A program made the translations under genes and the position numbers. Shown piece after piece: positions 49,175 to 60,331 of a stretch of DNA of 64,000 nt (the first letter of the stretch is position 1; each line of letters opens with the position of its first letter). Below the pieces are notes generated by a model, which had not been told where the DNA came from, did no database searches, and worked only from the letters and a program-made list of their open reading frames with translations. This stretch comes from Carcharhinus longimanus. Its lineage: Eukaryota. Location of the stretch: NCBI GenBank assembly GCA_030264375.1, contig JASCQW010000132.1, positions 57,235,036 through 57,299,035 of the forward strand. The letters are read 5' to 3'.

Positions 49175-49545
49175 TTCCACCTTGGCAAGGTCTCCAGATG
49201 ATGAGGTGATGAGATCAATGACAGTCTTGGAAACAATAGCTTGCTGTTTGGTGGTGGGGTCATGGTCCAGGGGAAGTTTGCAGGAAATGCCTGTGAGGTT
49301 GAGATCAGTACACCCATTCTCCCAGTTACTCTGCCTTTGTCACATCTCTTCTGATGATGCCACCTTTGAAACTGGTGCTTCTGACATACCTGTCATTTTC
49401 CTTAACTGAGGTGCAGTTGGCAGGGCGCTCAACAAGGTTTGATCTATTTCCTGCACCCTTACTTTCTTTTTCCTGTGCAAAAACCTTCCCTCCCTCTCTC
49501 CCAGTGGACCATCTGTTACTTGTTCTGAAGTTTTGCCACATTTTT
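49175..49545. mobile_element. Penelope RT fragments in divergent orientation
   Basis: Minus: LPLDHDPTTKQQAIVSKTVIDLIT..SGDL; plus: PFSQLLCLCHISSDDATFETGASD..FLN*G. Confidence 0.8.
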
Positions 49546-50551
49546 GTTGCAATCTCTCTCAAGTCCCACTAATCATTTTTCCAGGTCTTCTGGAGTTAGA
49601 GTGAGACCATCATCAGCTATTCACCCAGCAGCACTCAGTAGCTAATGGGTAGTGTTTAATAGAAATCTACTTTTGAAAATATTCTCCCATTAGGAACTAA
49701 TAGAGGTCCTAACCCCGATCTCTGAAAGTCCAGTCCACATGTCGTCCTAAGTGTGGCCTCTTAATTGGCTTTATATTTTAGATTCGGACAGGTTACAAAG
49801 TATTTGTATTTTGCATTTATTTGCCAAGAGTATTATATTTTAAAAGCAATTTCTGTATTACAACTATAAGAAATGAATTACCCTAATGAATTCAGGTAGC
49901 ATTGTAAAGCCAGGCAACAAACCCAAAGCATTAGGAACTGTAATTTGAACTCTGAGGTGAACCCACAAGTTTAAAACGATACTAATTGAAAAGCAAAATA
50001 CTGTAAAAGTCCTACGGTTTGTGACTTCCCACTTTGCATGTTCATCTAACTGCACATTGTTCTTTGTACACCACAGCGCACATCACGTGGGCAATGTTCG
50101 CTCATCCGTGGTTTCTTCTCCCTCTCTCTTCTTTCCCTGTTATGACGGAGTAGATGGTTTCAGCTGAAGTGCAGCCTGAAACAAGGATTAACCTGGAAAG
50201 GTCTGGATTGCTGGGTTCAGAACTGCAGCAATGACTCTGTTCAATTTTAAATCTTCACCAATGTATTGCACAGAGGCTCCCCCGACTGATGTATACAGGT
50301 ACTCCACTGCAAGCTACAATTTGCCCAAACCAGTGCTGCCTTCAAATAGCTGGAATCCATCTAATTGAGCCCCATTCAAAAATATGGCCCCTGTCATGAT
50401 TTTGCTGTTTGCCAGATTTTGCGGGAACATTATTGTACTATGGATGTTGGAAATGGGGTAAAGTCCTTTTCTGTACTATAGATGTTGGAAACCTGTAATA
50501 AAAACAGGAAGATACTCAGCCGTCAGGTGGCATCTGCAGAGAGAGACACTG

Positions 50552-50588
50552 AATTAATTGTTCAGATCAAGGAACCTTCTTCAGAACT
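50552..50588 (-). ncRNA. Highly degenerate hammerhead motif in the Penelope terminus
   Basis: Minus strand AGUU-CUGAAGA-AGGUUCCUUGAUCU-GAAC-AAUU-AAUU; the GAAA box is mutated. Confidence 0.4.
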
Positions 50589-50689
50589 GCAAACAATTAA
50601 AACTATAATAGGTTTTTGCAAGTGGTGGTGGGAAAATGGACAGAAGGAAAGTCTGTGATAGGGAGGAAACTGGAACAATTAAAAGAAAA

Positions 50690-50985
50690 TTATTTATTAG
50701 TGTCACAAGTAAGCTTACATTAACGTTGCAATGAAGTTACTGTGAAAATCCCGTAGTGGCCACATTCCGATGCCTGTTTGGGTGCGCTGAGGAAGAATTC
50801 AGCATGGCCAACGCACCTAACCAACAGGTCTTTCGGACTGTGGGAGGAAAATGGAGCACCTGGAGGAAACCCCCACAAACACAGGGAAAATGTACAGACT
50901 CCGCACAAACAGTAGCCCACGCCAAGAATCAAACCCAGGTCCCTGGCACTGTGAGGCAGCAATGCTAACCACTATGCCACCCATG
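50690..50985 (-). mobile_element. HE1-head SINE with Rex1-like tail
   Basis: TTTATTAGTGTCACAAGTAAGCTTACATTAACGTTGCAATGAAGTTACTGTGAAAATCCC...TGCTAACCACTATGCCACC. Confidence 0.92.
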
Positions 50986-51739
50986 ACATGGCCAAAGGAA
51001 ATTGTGACAGAGCAAGATTAGAAATGAAGAAACAAAATATGTGTCGAGATGGTGTGCTGCTGTCTGAAAAACAAAAGTAAGTGAAAAACTGAAACACACA
51101 AAGAAAAGGGAATAAACATATCTGCAGAGGTCACAGCCTGAATCTCCTGAAGTTGAATCCACAAGAGTGGGAAATGCCTAATGGAATGAGGTGCTGTACC
51201 TCGAGCTTATACCATTGCTTCTTAAAAATCCTGAAAGTGCTAGCATGTGTTGCAATCTTGATTGCAATCACCATGATATCCCTTCAGAATTTGAGAAATG
51301 CAAATGAAGCACTTCATCTGGGCTAGATAATGTTGTTCCAAAGGATGCATTTTCACATCTTAAAAAAATTTCAAACCAACAATTTGGGCTTGAGGAGAAA
51401 GGTCAAAATCATGCCATCTGATAACTTAAGCAAGAAAGTGGGCATCTGTAAATGAAGACAAGCCTAAACTTTGGTTGACACTACACCCACATTACAGATA
51501 TAAAACAAGAGGAAAAGCATCTAACATGGTGAGCAGAATGCACCACATTTTTACTCTGGAAATGTGCCACTCACTGTATTAGGAAGGAAAGTACGCAAAT
51601 AATGGATCTGGTGGCTGTTTCCAGACCCCTTAGCTAAATTGGTCTACTCTGGCCACCAAAATGAAAAGTTTGCTAAAGAAAACTGCCTCATAAAAGTGAT
51701 CATCCTGGTTCCACTTCAGTGCCAAAGATCAGTGCATCC

Positions 51740-52300
51740 TCTGTCTATGCCCACTCATTATCGCTTCCTACAAATTCATCCCCTCCCTAGCACCTCAGTC
51801 CTTTTAATCAATTCACCCCTTCCAACCCAACCCAACCCATCACATCACCTTTTATATATCTCCCACTTCCTTCCCACAATTGCCTCATCTTCTCCCAATC
51901 GCCTCAATCTCTCCTGTTTGCTTCCCTCACACTGATCTCATGCCCTCCCAATCTTCTCCCCCTTCCCAATTGGTTTACCCTTTCCTAATTGCCTCATTCT
52001 CTCTCTGTTCCCTCAATCCCTAATGATCACTTACTCTTTCCCAATTGCCTCATCCCTTCCCAATAACCTCACTCACTGATCAACTCAAACATACCCTTCC
52101 ACATCTCCCTCTTCCACCCCATCCACTCAATTGTCTATCCCCAATAACTCTCCACTCCCTTCAAATAGCCTGCCTCAATTGCCCACCCCCAATCACTTCC
52201 CTCCATCCTGATTACTGCCTCACTTATGATTGCCTCTACTATTCCATGCTTCCATGTCCCACTCCCACTCCACCCTTCCCAATCAACACTCTCCCTCCCA
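51740..52300. repeat. Pyrimidine-rich degenerate minisatellite
   Basis: Recurrent CCTTCCCAATTGCCTCA-like unit; almost no G on the plus strand. Confidence 0.75.
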
Positions 52301-52778
52301 GGATATAGCTGAAGGTGTCAATGATGGTGACACAGTGCTTTGAAATCCAATGCCAACTGCTTAGCATATGTATCATTTAAATAAGTCCTAAGGCCCAATA
52401 CTGGGTGTGCTTCAGGTTTAAGCAGGCCTGCACAAATAGACTCTGGGAGGAATCACTATCAGACAATTTGTTTGTTATTCACTGACAATCACATCAGTCC
52501 TTATGGGTTAAAGTCCATTGACAAAAAGGTGGAAAGAAAGCTATTTTATGTTGTTAAGCAATGAGGATGTGATCAAGATTTTGTATTTACACTAACAAAT
52601 GAAGATGTAAGTGCTTTATTCCTATTGGGCAAGCAAAAAGATCACCATAAGCATATCCAAAGGCCGTGAAATACAGCTCAAACTTGTAGAAGAATAGAAT
52701 AAAATAAACCAAAAACTTTTCAAACATGTTAATTAGTGCTTTTACTATTTTAATTTAAGGCAAGGTGTCAGCAATGAC

Positions 52779-53317
52779 TGACAGAATTTTACAGACACCT
52801 GTGCATGTGTTTGTAGGTGGGGAGCTCATAAAATTCTGCAGGTGACTTTTCCACTGCCTAGGCCCATGGCACTGATGTGGCCATGATTTTAGAGATGGTG
52901 GGCGAGGCACAGGGCAGGCCACCTGCTGTTGCCCCATTTGACACGTTTTCATGGCCAATTATTGGATGTTGTGATCAAGCGATATCCTTGACAATCATGC
53001 ACCCAGATCTCCTGTCCTGGCCCTGCCAAGGGTTCTTCAGATTTATACTATCTCTGGCTCCCAGCTCTATGTTTCTGGGGCTGGGTGCAGTCCCAGCTGT
53101 GGCCATCACTCCAGGTGGCACTGCTGGGACCAGCAAGCTACCAATCAATCAAGTGGCTAGAACCTATCAAAGACATAATTTATTTTCTAGATAGGGACAG
53201 AAGGACTTCCTCCAGTCAATTAACACTCCTGAGAATATTAGATGGATGTAGGACAACTGTCCGGAGCAGGGCTGAATTCCCACCAGCTTATCTAATGGCA
53301 GGGTGGAAAATTCTTCC
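52779..53317. mobile_element. Non-autonomous TIR element related to 17547-18310
   Basis: Ends GACAGAATTTTAC / GGAAAATTCTTCC; internal GGCACTGCTGGGACC..GCTACCAATCAAT resembles the reverse complement of 17730-17770. Confidence 0.5.
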
Positions 53318-53609
53318 AGTTTTATTTTAATTTTGCCTAACAGTTTTAACAATGTGTATTTATTTAGCAGTTGATTTGTTGCATTTTCCAATATATTGCA
53401 TTTCTGGATGGTGAAACTTTTTTTTTTCAATTCCAAGCAGCTACAATAAATTTATCTGCACTATTATATGAAGTGATGACCATTTTGCAATCATCCAATT
53501 TCTGAAATCCTTCTTGCGAAAGGTATACTTTTTAAAAGGGTAAATCTGACCACCGCCCATTGACATTTAACATCATTACAGCCATTGAATCCCCACCATC
53601 AGTATCCTG

Positions 53610-53800
53610 CAGGTTGCCATAGACTAGAAACAACTGGACCAGCCATATAAACACTGTGGCTACAAGAGCAGGACAAAAACTGGGAAATCTGCTATGAGTA
53701 TCCACTGTCTAACTCCCCAAAGCACATTCACCATCTACAAGGCAAAAGACAGGAGAGTGATGGACTCTCCACTTGTCTGAATAACAGTTCCAATAACAAC
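53610..53800 (+). mobile_element. CR1/L2-group LINE ORF2 fragment
   Basis: NWTSHINTVATRAGQKLG...PQSTFTIYKAKDRRVM. Confidence 0.8.
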
Positions 53801-53995
53801 AACATTTATATTGCATCTTTAATGTGATAAAACATCCCAAGACACTTTAGAGAGGCATTATGCATCAGCGATCACATTAGGATATATTAGCACAGGTGAC
53901 CAAATGTTTAGTCAAAGATGTAGGTTTTATGGACCAGTGAGATGGAGAGGTCAAGGAAGGAAATGCAAGAGCTCAGGGTCTCTGCAGCTGGTGCC
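53800..53995 (-). mobile_element. L2 LINE 3' end
   Basis: ACAACATTTATATTGCATCTTTAATGTGATAAAACATCCCAAGACACTT tail; GGTGACCAAATGTTTAGTCAAAGA. Confidence 0.65.
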
Positions 53996-54009
53996 CACAG
54001 AAGTTTTTG

Positions 54010-54150
54010 TCACACCTTCAGCATGCTTTACTTCCAGTAAAGTACCAATGAAATGTAGTCACTCTTGCAGTGCAGGGAAACTGAGAATCCAATGTATGCA
54101 CAGAAGATCCCATAAATAGCAAAGGGATGCATAACGAGGTAATCAATCTT
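54010..54150 (-). mobile_element. Deu-domain SINE 3' portion
   Basis: GAAATGTAGTCACTCTTGCAGTGCAGGGAAAC...GCACAGAAGATCCCATAAATAGCAA. Confidence 0.65.
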
Positions 54151-54220
54151 TATGATGCAGGATGATGTGAAGTAAAGGGTCAACATCAGAAGTGTTAAAT
54201 CGGAGACTACTGTGGGGGAG

Positions 54221-54404
54221 TGTGGGGTGGTGGTAGCTCCAAAGAACTCACACAGAGGAAAAACACAGCAACAAACAGGGTTTTATTAATGAACTATTCT
54301 CCTCACACTCTAGCTCTCAACTGCCAGTAGAGACAGATTCCCAGTGAGGTCACCCCTTGCCCTGGGTCACCTGGCCCATCCTCTTAAAGGGGCTACACCC
54401 CACA
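54221..54404 (-). mobile_element. Small solo-LTR-like element
   Basis: 9-bp inverted termini TGTGGGGTG / CACCCCACA; minus-strand AATAAA near 54282; no clean TSD. Confidence 0.5.
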
Positions 54405-54502
54405 TACATAACAAGAAACATACACAATGCTATGTACTTATGTGTCAGATCACATGACCGAGAAATAAGAGAAATCTAGAAGAGGAGAATCTCCAACTTC
54501 AT

Positions 54503-55750
54503 GTGAACAAAGAACAGTATACAACACAGGAATAGGCCCTTTGGCCCACCAACTTTGTGCTGACACAAATGCTTCTCTTATCTAATATTTTCTTGCCTGT
54601 ACAAGGTCCATATCCCTCTGTTCCCTGCCTATTTGTGTATCTATCCTCTTGAACATTGTTATAGAATCTGCTTTCATCACCTCCTCTGGCAGCATGTTCC
54701 AGGCATTCACCACCCTCTGTGTGAAAAACTTGCCCCTTACATCTCCTTTAAACTTTCCCCCTCTCATTTTCAATCTGTGTCCCTGAGTAATTGACCCTTC
54801 GACCCTGAAAAAACGACTGACTATCCACTATATCCAAGCCTGTCACGATCTTGTACACCTCTGTCAGGCAGCCCCCCCTCATCTTCTGATGCTCCAATGA
54901 AAACAATCAAAGTTCATTCAACTTTTCTTCATAGTCCATATCCTCCAAACCAAACAACATCCTGTTAAAAATCTTTTCTGCACTCTTCCCAATGCATCAA
55001 CATCCTTCCAGTAGTATGGAGACCAGAATTGTACATGATACTCCAAATGTGGCCTAACCAAAGTCTTATACAGCTGCAATATTATTTTCCAATTCCTATA
55101 CTCAATGCCCTGACTGATGAAGGCCAGAATGACATAAGCCTTCTTGACCATCTTGTCCACCTCTGATCTACTTTCAGGGAACTGTGGATCTGCACACCTA
55201 GATCTCTCTGTATGCTAATATTTCTAAGGGCTCTACCATTACTTTGTACTTTCCTTCTGCAGTACACCTTCCAAATCACATCACCTCACATTTGCCTGGG
55301 GTAAATTCCATCTGCCATCTTTCGGGCCAGGCCTCCTGCAGATTTGCATCCTGCTGTATCCTCTGACAGTTCTCCTTACCATCAGCTACTCCCCTAATTT
55401 TTGTGGCATCTGCAAATTTACTAATCAGATCACCTACATTTTTCTCCAAATCATTTATGTATATATTACGAACAACAGAGGCACCAGCACTGATCCTTGT
55501 GGAACAATGCTTGTCACAGTCCTGGTAGAAAAGTACTTTTCCACTGCTACTCTCTGCTTTCTATGCCCAAGCCAGTTTTGTATCCATCTTACCAGCTCAC
55601 TTCAGATCCCATATGACTTCACCTTCTGCATCAGCCGGCCATGAGGAACCTTATCAAAGGTTTTACTAACGTCCATGTATACAACATCTACAGCCCTGCC
55701 CCGGTTATTATTTTTGTCACTTCCTCAAAGAACTCAGTCAAGTTTGTGAA
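54503..55750 (-). mobile_element. CR1/HER1-type LINE 3' region
   Basis: VKKAYVILAFISQGIEYRNW..LQLYKTLVRPHLEYHVQFWSPYY.KDVDALGRVQKRF; RGKFFTQRVVNAWNMLPEEV. Confidence 0.95.
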
Positions 55751-55779
55751 GGTACAAATAAATAAATACCTAATGTCAA

Positions 55780-56025
55780 TAAAGACCTGGGTTTGACTCC
55801 CAACTTGGGTCACAGTCTGTGAGGAGTCTGCACATTCTCCCCATGTCTGCGAGGGTTTCCTCCGGGTGCTCCAGTTTCCTCCCGCAGTCCAAGGGACGTG
55901 CTGGTTAGGTGCGTTGCCCATGCTAAATTCCCCCTCAGTGTACCCAAACAGGCGCCAGAGCGCAGGGATTTTCACAGTAGCTTCATTGAAGTGTTAATGT
56001 AAGCCTACTTGTGACAATAATAAAT
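55780..56025 (+). mobile_element. HE1-head SINE with Rex1-like tail, 5'-truncated
   Basis: Tail GGGATTTTCACAGTAGCTTCATTGAAGTGTTAATGTAAGCCTACTTGTGACAATAATAAAT. Confidence 0.92.
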
Positions 56026-56034
56026 GAAAAAAAG

Positions 56035-56290
56035 GATCTCAGTTCATATTCTCATCCAAAAGACTCCATCTCCAACAGTGCAACACGCCCTCAGTGCTGC
56101 ATTAAAGTGTCAGCCTGCAAGTGCCACTGGCTGGGATTTTCCAGTTCCCGCTAAGGGGGGGACCGAGAATTTGGCAGACCAGCCAAAGTCCGTTGACATT
56201 ATGTAGGAATTCTAGACCCATGGCGGTCGAGTTTGGTGAATCCTTGCCATTATCTTTGGGTTGGTACTTGAGCTTACAGCCTTCTCAAAG
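56035..56290 (-). mobile_element. Deu-domain SINE 5' portion interrupted by a MITE (56128-56248)
   Basis: CTCATCCAAAAGACTCCATCTCCAACAGTGCAACACGCCCTCAGTGCTGCA...GTGTCAGCCT is the reverse complement of the Deu domain start. Confidence 0.75.
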
Positions 56291-56809
56291 GTAATGTCTT
56301 AAGTTGCAGTTTAACCTCTGCAACAAAGGTTGCTCTCTGATTTTCTATTGCTGGAGTGGTCACAAGCAAGCATGCTTCTCACCACATCAAACTGGCACTT
56401 GAACAATTTGTAGCTGATTATACTTTGTTTGAAGTGTTGCTCCACATCTTACATTGCTCGAAATTTACTACCTCTGAGAATTCAAAGGAGAGGAAGCTAG
56501 CAAAATGAAAGCAATTTTAAATATGGAAACATTTTAAACTGCTCTTTAGCAATAGTTTTTGACTCAGGAAACACTTGGTAAGTGTGCTAATATCCATCAG
56601 ATACCATTCCTTCACAAAACTGCTTTGAACTGTTGCAATGTAGCATGTGATTCATTCACATCCCTGCTCCAGACTCAGATTTCAAAGAAAACGTGAAAAA
56701 TTCTCACTTAAGTTACAAAAAATTGTTCCAACATAGAACATTTTAGATGTGCAGAAATGAAAAATAAAAATGTATTAAAAATAATTAAATCAAGGAAGTA
56801 AACTGAGTT

Positions 56810-57148
56810 CAAAATTACATGACATTTTGATAGAGTAGAAAGTAAGAAGCTGCCCCAAAGCAGTAGGATCGGTAATCAGCTGACCCAGGCTTAATTGGCA
56901 AAAAAAACTAGGGGAAAGATGAAGAAAATGTTTTTACTCAGGGAGTTGTTATAAACTGGAATTAACTACCTATAAAGGTGGTGGCAACAGATCCAATGGC
57001 AATTTTCAAAATATAATTGGATATATACTTGAAATGTAGCAACTTGAAGGACGATGAGCAAAGAGCCAGACTTATCGGATAGCTTTACCAAAGACCGGAT
57101 GAGAAACAATGGTCCAAATGGCCTCCTCTTTGCTGTATGATTCTCTGT
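56810..57148 (+). mobile_element. CR1 3' end
   Basis: TTTTTACTCAGGGAGTTGTTATAAACTGGAAT...GGTCCAAATGGCCTCCTCTTTGCTGTATGATTCT. Confidence 0.8.
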
Positions 57149-57624
57149 AGATAGCACAAAGATCTGAATTTAACAGGCATGATCTTCTGCTAAAATATTC
57201 TTCCATAACATGATGCAGAAATATAAAGTTGGCTGAATACTTGTTATAATTTTCTTCATTAATGACAAAGATTTTAATTTTGCCAGTGAATTAACAGAAC
57301 CCTAATCATTCTTTATATCTGCTACAGACTGTGTTGCATTTTTTCGTCCTAGTAGCCTTCAAGATCAACCAGTACATGGGGAGACACAGGAGGTGATTAA
57401 CATTGCAACTCTTTATTGCGGTGTCTGTGGAATTAATGAGAAAACATGGATCCTGCAATCCCACAATGCAGTGGTTTGCAAAGTAAGGCAAGATCGAAAA
57501 GACATACAATACATCACAGACTGAAATTCCTATGCTCCTCCACTGGACTAAAACAGGAGAAAGCCATTAATAAGATTTCATTGTCACGTGCAGCAGTTCG
57601 TGCTGTTTCTTACAATTTTCTTTA

Positions 57625-58140
57625 ATTTTCTGCACAATGAAGATCATGCCTGTAGTGTTGCTGAATTTTACTCACCCATTGTAAAACTGTGGGCGAGTAA
57701 AACACAACAACACTGGAAGAAGGCAGTTGAGGAGGGATCCTTACAGTGAATATCCTTACGGCAAGTAGCTGGGGACATTGTAAATACTGCAATCAGACTT
57801 GTGTCCATTCTTAAATATTGTCGCAAACAAATTGTCCATGTGATTTCCCCCAGCATGTACATATCTTCCCAGATGAGGGATTATGAGGTTATACCGCCAT
57901 GTCAGATGTTTATCTTGCCATGTGCTTGAGAATGTCGGCAGAAATTCAATCTGCTCCATAGATGTTTTTTTCAGCTGCCAAATGGCTTTTTTGAACTTTG
58001 TTGTGGACTGGGATAGCACCAAGACTGAGGCAGATACAGCATTGAAGCGTGGAGTTGAGGATGTACAAGCCAAGCCAGAGTTTAGGTTAAGGAGTTCTTC
58101 AAAATGTTCTCTCCATTGAACACTGACTGCCTTTAATTCT
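57625..58140 (-). mobile_element. RTE-clade LINE fragment
   Basis: AVSVQWREHFEELLN; KAIWQLK; TIFKNGHKSDC; TTGMIF. Confidence 0.75.
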
Positions 58141-58399
58141 GTCAACCACAAAGGCTTATGGAGAATCCTCCTCAAATTTGGCTGCCCCCGCTGCCCCCCC
58201 CGGGAATTTGTTACTGTCTTCTGCCTACTCTACGATGATATTCATGCTGTGATTCTCTCAGCTATGAAACCACCGCAAACTCTATCTCATTTAAAACTGC
58301 AGTCAAATGAGGCTATATCATTGCACCAACTCACTTCTCCATTTTCCTCAATTAAACACTGCACCTCACCACCTCAGCCTGACACAAACGTAACACAAA

Positions 58400-59290
58400 G
58401 GGCATGATCTAGTGGCCCCGCTTGCTGTGGGTGCAAATCCCGTTATAGCCACTGTATCTCGCAAGAGAGTAAAAATGAGATTTGTGCCTGTGAGATCTCA
58501 TGTTGAGATACTCCTACCTTCCCCCCCCTCACCCCAGTGGTGGAATCTGGTTCATGCCCAGTGTGGGTGGTGTGAACCAGATTTCCATGAGTATAGATAC
58601 ATTTTAACATAATCAAACCATTGCATTTGCCCACAAATTATTCTCCTGCCCCCACCACACTCCCTTGCTGGTGGTATGACATCACACCTGCACAAGTCAC
58701 TATTAGTTTTCAAAAGCGAAAGCCAGTCATGGTGACCACACGGGTTGGAGGAACAAGGGACATTGGCCCCTGATACCTTCCTGCTGAAGGCACAGTTAGG
58801 GTTCACTGCTAAGAGGGCAGTATCAGTGGCACCAGAAGGGGCAGGGCCAAGCGAACACTGGCACGGGGGATAGCTGTCCTCCATTGGAGGCTTTCCTTGT
58901 ATGTATGCTGGGGAGGGGATAGGTAGGAGCCTTGATGCCTGTGTAGGGAGGGGAGGAGAGGAAAGAACCTCATGACTGTGAGGTGGGGGAGAGGGGGCAG
59001 CAGAAGGAGAGCAGAGATTTGATGACCTAATGCGGTGCTGGGGTTACCCGGGTATTTGGAGCATGGAGTCCCAATCTCTGTGGGGGATCCCGATCTCTGT
59101 GGGGAGGCAGAGGACCCTGAGATCGGGGTGTCCTTTAAAAACATCTCCCTGATTTCAGAATCCTGGCTGTGCTGGCCCGAACCCCTGGACACCAATCCCA
59201 GCCCACACAACAGAGTGCTATTAAATCAGGTGAAGCCAGTTTTTCTGACCTCATCCAGCACTCTTGGCCAATTTTGGGAAGACTCCACTT
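58400..59290. mobile_element. Non-autonomous TIR element with G-rich interior
   Basis: Left end GGGCATGATCT; shares an internal block with 40515-40833. Confidence 0.5.
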
Positions 59291-60084
59291 TCAGTCCTTA
59301 AACAGATACTTGGAAAGTATCTTTTCTGTGATCACTCTTTGCCAAAGATTATAGGTCATATCTGATGTATAAGTGTATAAAGATTCCAGAGCAAACAACT
59401 TTTATATTTCTTGGCTTAACAAATCAACATGCTCAGATATTTAGGACCAAGTCACCGGTTAAAGTGACCCAAAGAAAGCCAGGAAACCAAGTTTTCCCAA
59501 TTTCTCATGTTTAATTTTAGAATTGTTTTTAACAATCCAAGTCACATTTTCACTTTGTATTTGGGAGAATGGATGGGAACTTAAAAATGTTTAGTTTTCA
59601 TAACCAAGCTCAATCCACCCACTCCCGGTTTTAATGGAGGCCGTTTGGTGAGGAAGAGGAGTGTGCACAGCTGACCAAGCCACTCCCAGGATGCAGACAA
59701 TGTTTTTTTAAGAATGTGGCTTGTCTCCACTTTAACTGCATTTTTATTTTTAACACTTCAAGGCTGGGATTCCCAGGGCTCAGGAATCCTGACTGAGAAT
59801 AGAAGATGAGAAAGGCCATCATGAGATCTCCATCAGGTAAGTGCCTTTATTGCTCTGATTGTTGGAGACAAGTGGGAGTTCTTCACCTGGCCTATCAAAC
59901 GTCACATCATTGGACCATCACCACCATCCAACCCCAAGCATCCATGATATACGATTCACCCAGCTTGCCTAACAACCACTTCCCTGGCCACTTTCCAGAC
60001 TGATAAACTGCCACCCTGCATTGTCAGACTTAAAAGACATCCTGTCATTAAATTCATCAGGAAGTGTGGGACTGTCCAGCTTCA

Positions 60085-60232
60085 TTCCCAAAGATCCATG
60101 GCAGGTGGTGAAATTTGAATTCAGCAAAAATCTCAAATTAAAAGTCGAATGATGACCATGAAACCATTTTCAATTGTTGTAAACAACCCATCTGGTTCAC
60201 TAATACCCTTTAGGGAAGGAAATCTACCATAT
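60085..60232 (+). mobile_element. Fragment of the third SINE family (as 26985)
   Basis: AATGATGACCATGAAACC...CCCATCTGGTTCACTAATACCCTTTAGGGAAGGAAATCT. Confidence 0.85.
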
Positions 60233-60321
60233 TGGCTTTCCAAGGATATTAACTACAATTTCTCCTTGGGATACTCTACATCTAGTTGTGGAGTTTGTTT
60301 GATGATTGTGCCTTCTGTCTA

Positions 60322-60331
60322 NNNNNNNNNN
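60322..60331. other. Assembly gap (10 N)
   Basis: Run of N. Confidence 1.

Larger units (their letters stand above)
50485..51215 (-). mobile_element. Penelope 3' portion (GIY-YIG C-terminus and terminal repeat), interrupted by a SINE
   Basis: GAGGTGCTGTACCTCGAGCTT is the reverse complement of KLEVQHL (cf. KLEEQHL); terminal ATACTCAGC.GTCAGG..GCATCTG..GAGAGAGA. Confidence 0.75.

Noticed and set aside
50434-50491. Short direct repeat TGTACTAT(G/A)GATGTTGGAAA
   Set aside because: Simple local duplication next to a Penelope end; no evidence of function
4985-60330. Idea that the Gypsy 3' piece at 5 kb (+) and the Gypsy body at 60-64 kb (-) are halves of one element split by a 55-kb inversion
   Set aside because: The geometry fits, but both pieces appear to contain the same integrase C-terminal motif with different sequence (IDTSKGK versus VEYPKEK), so they are more likely separate elements
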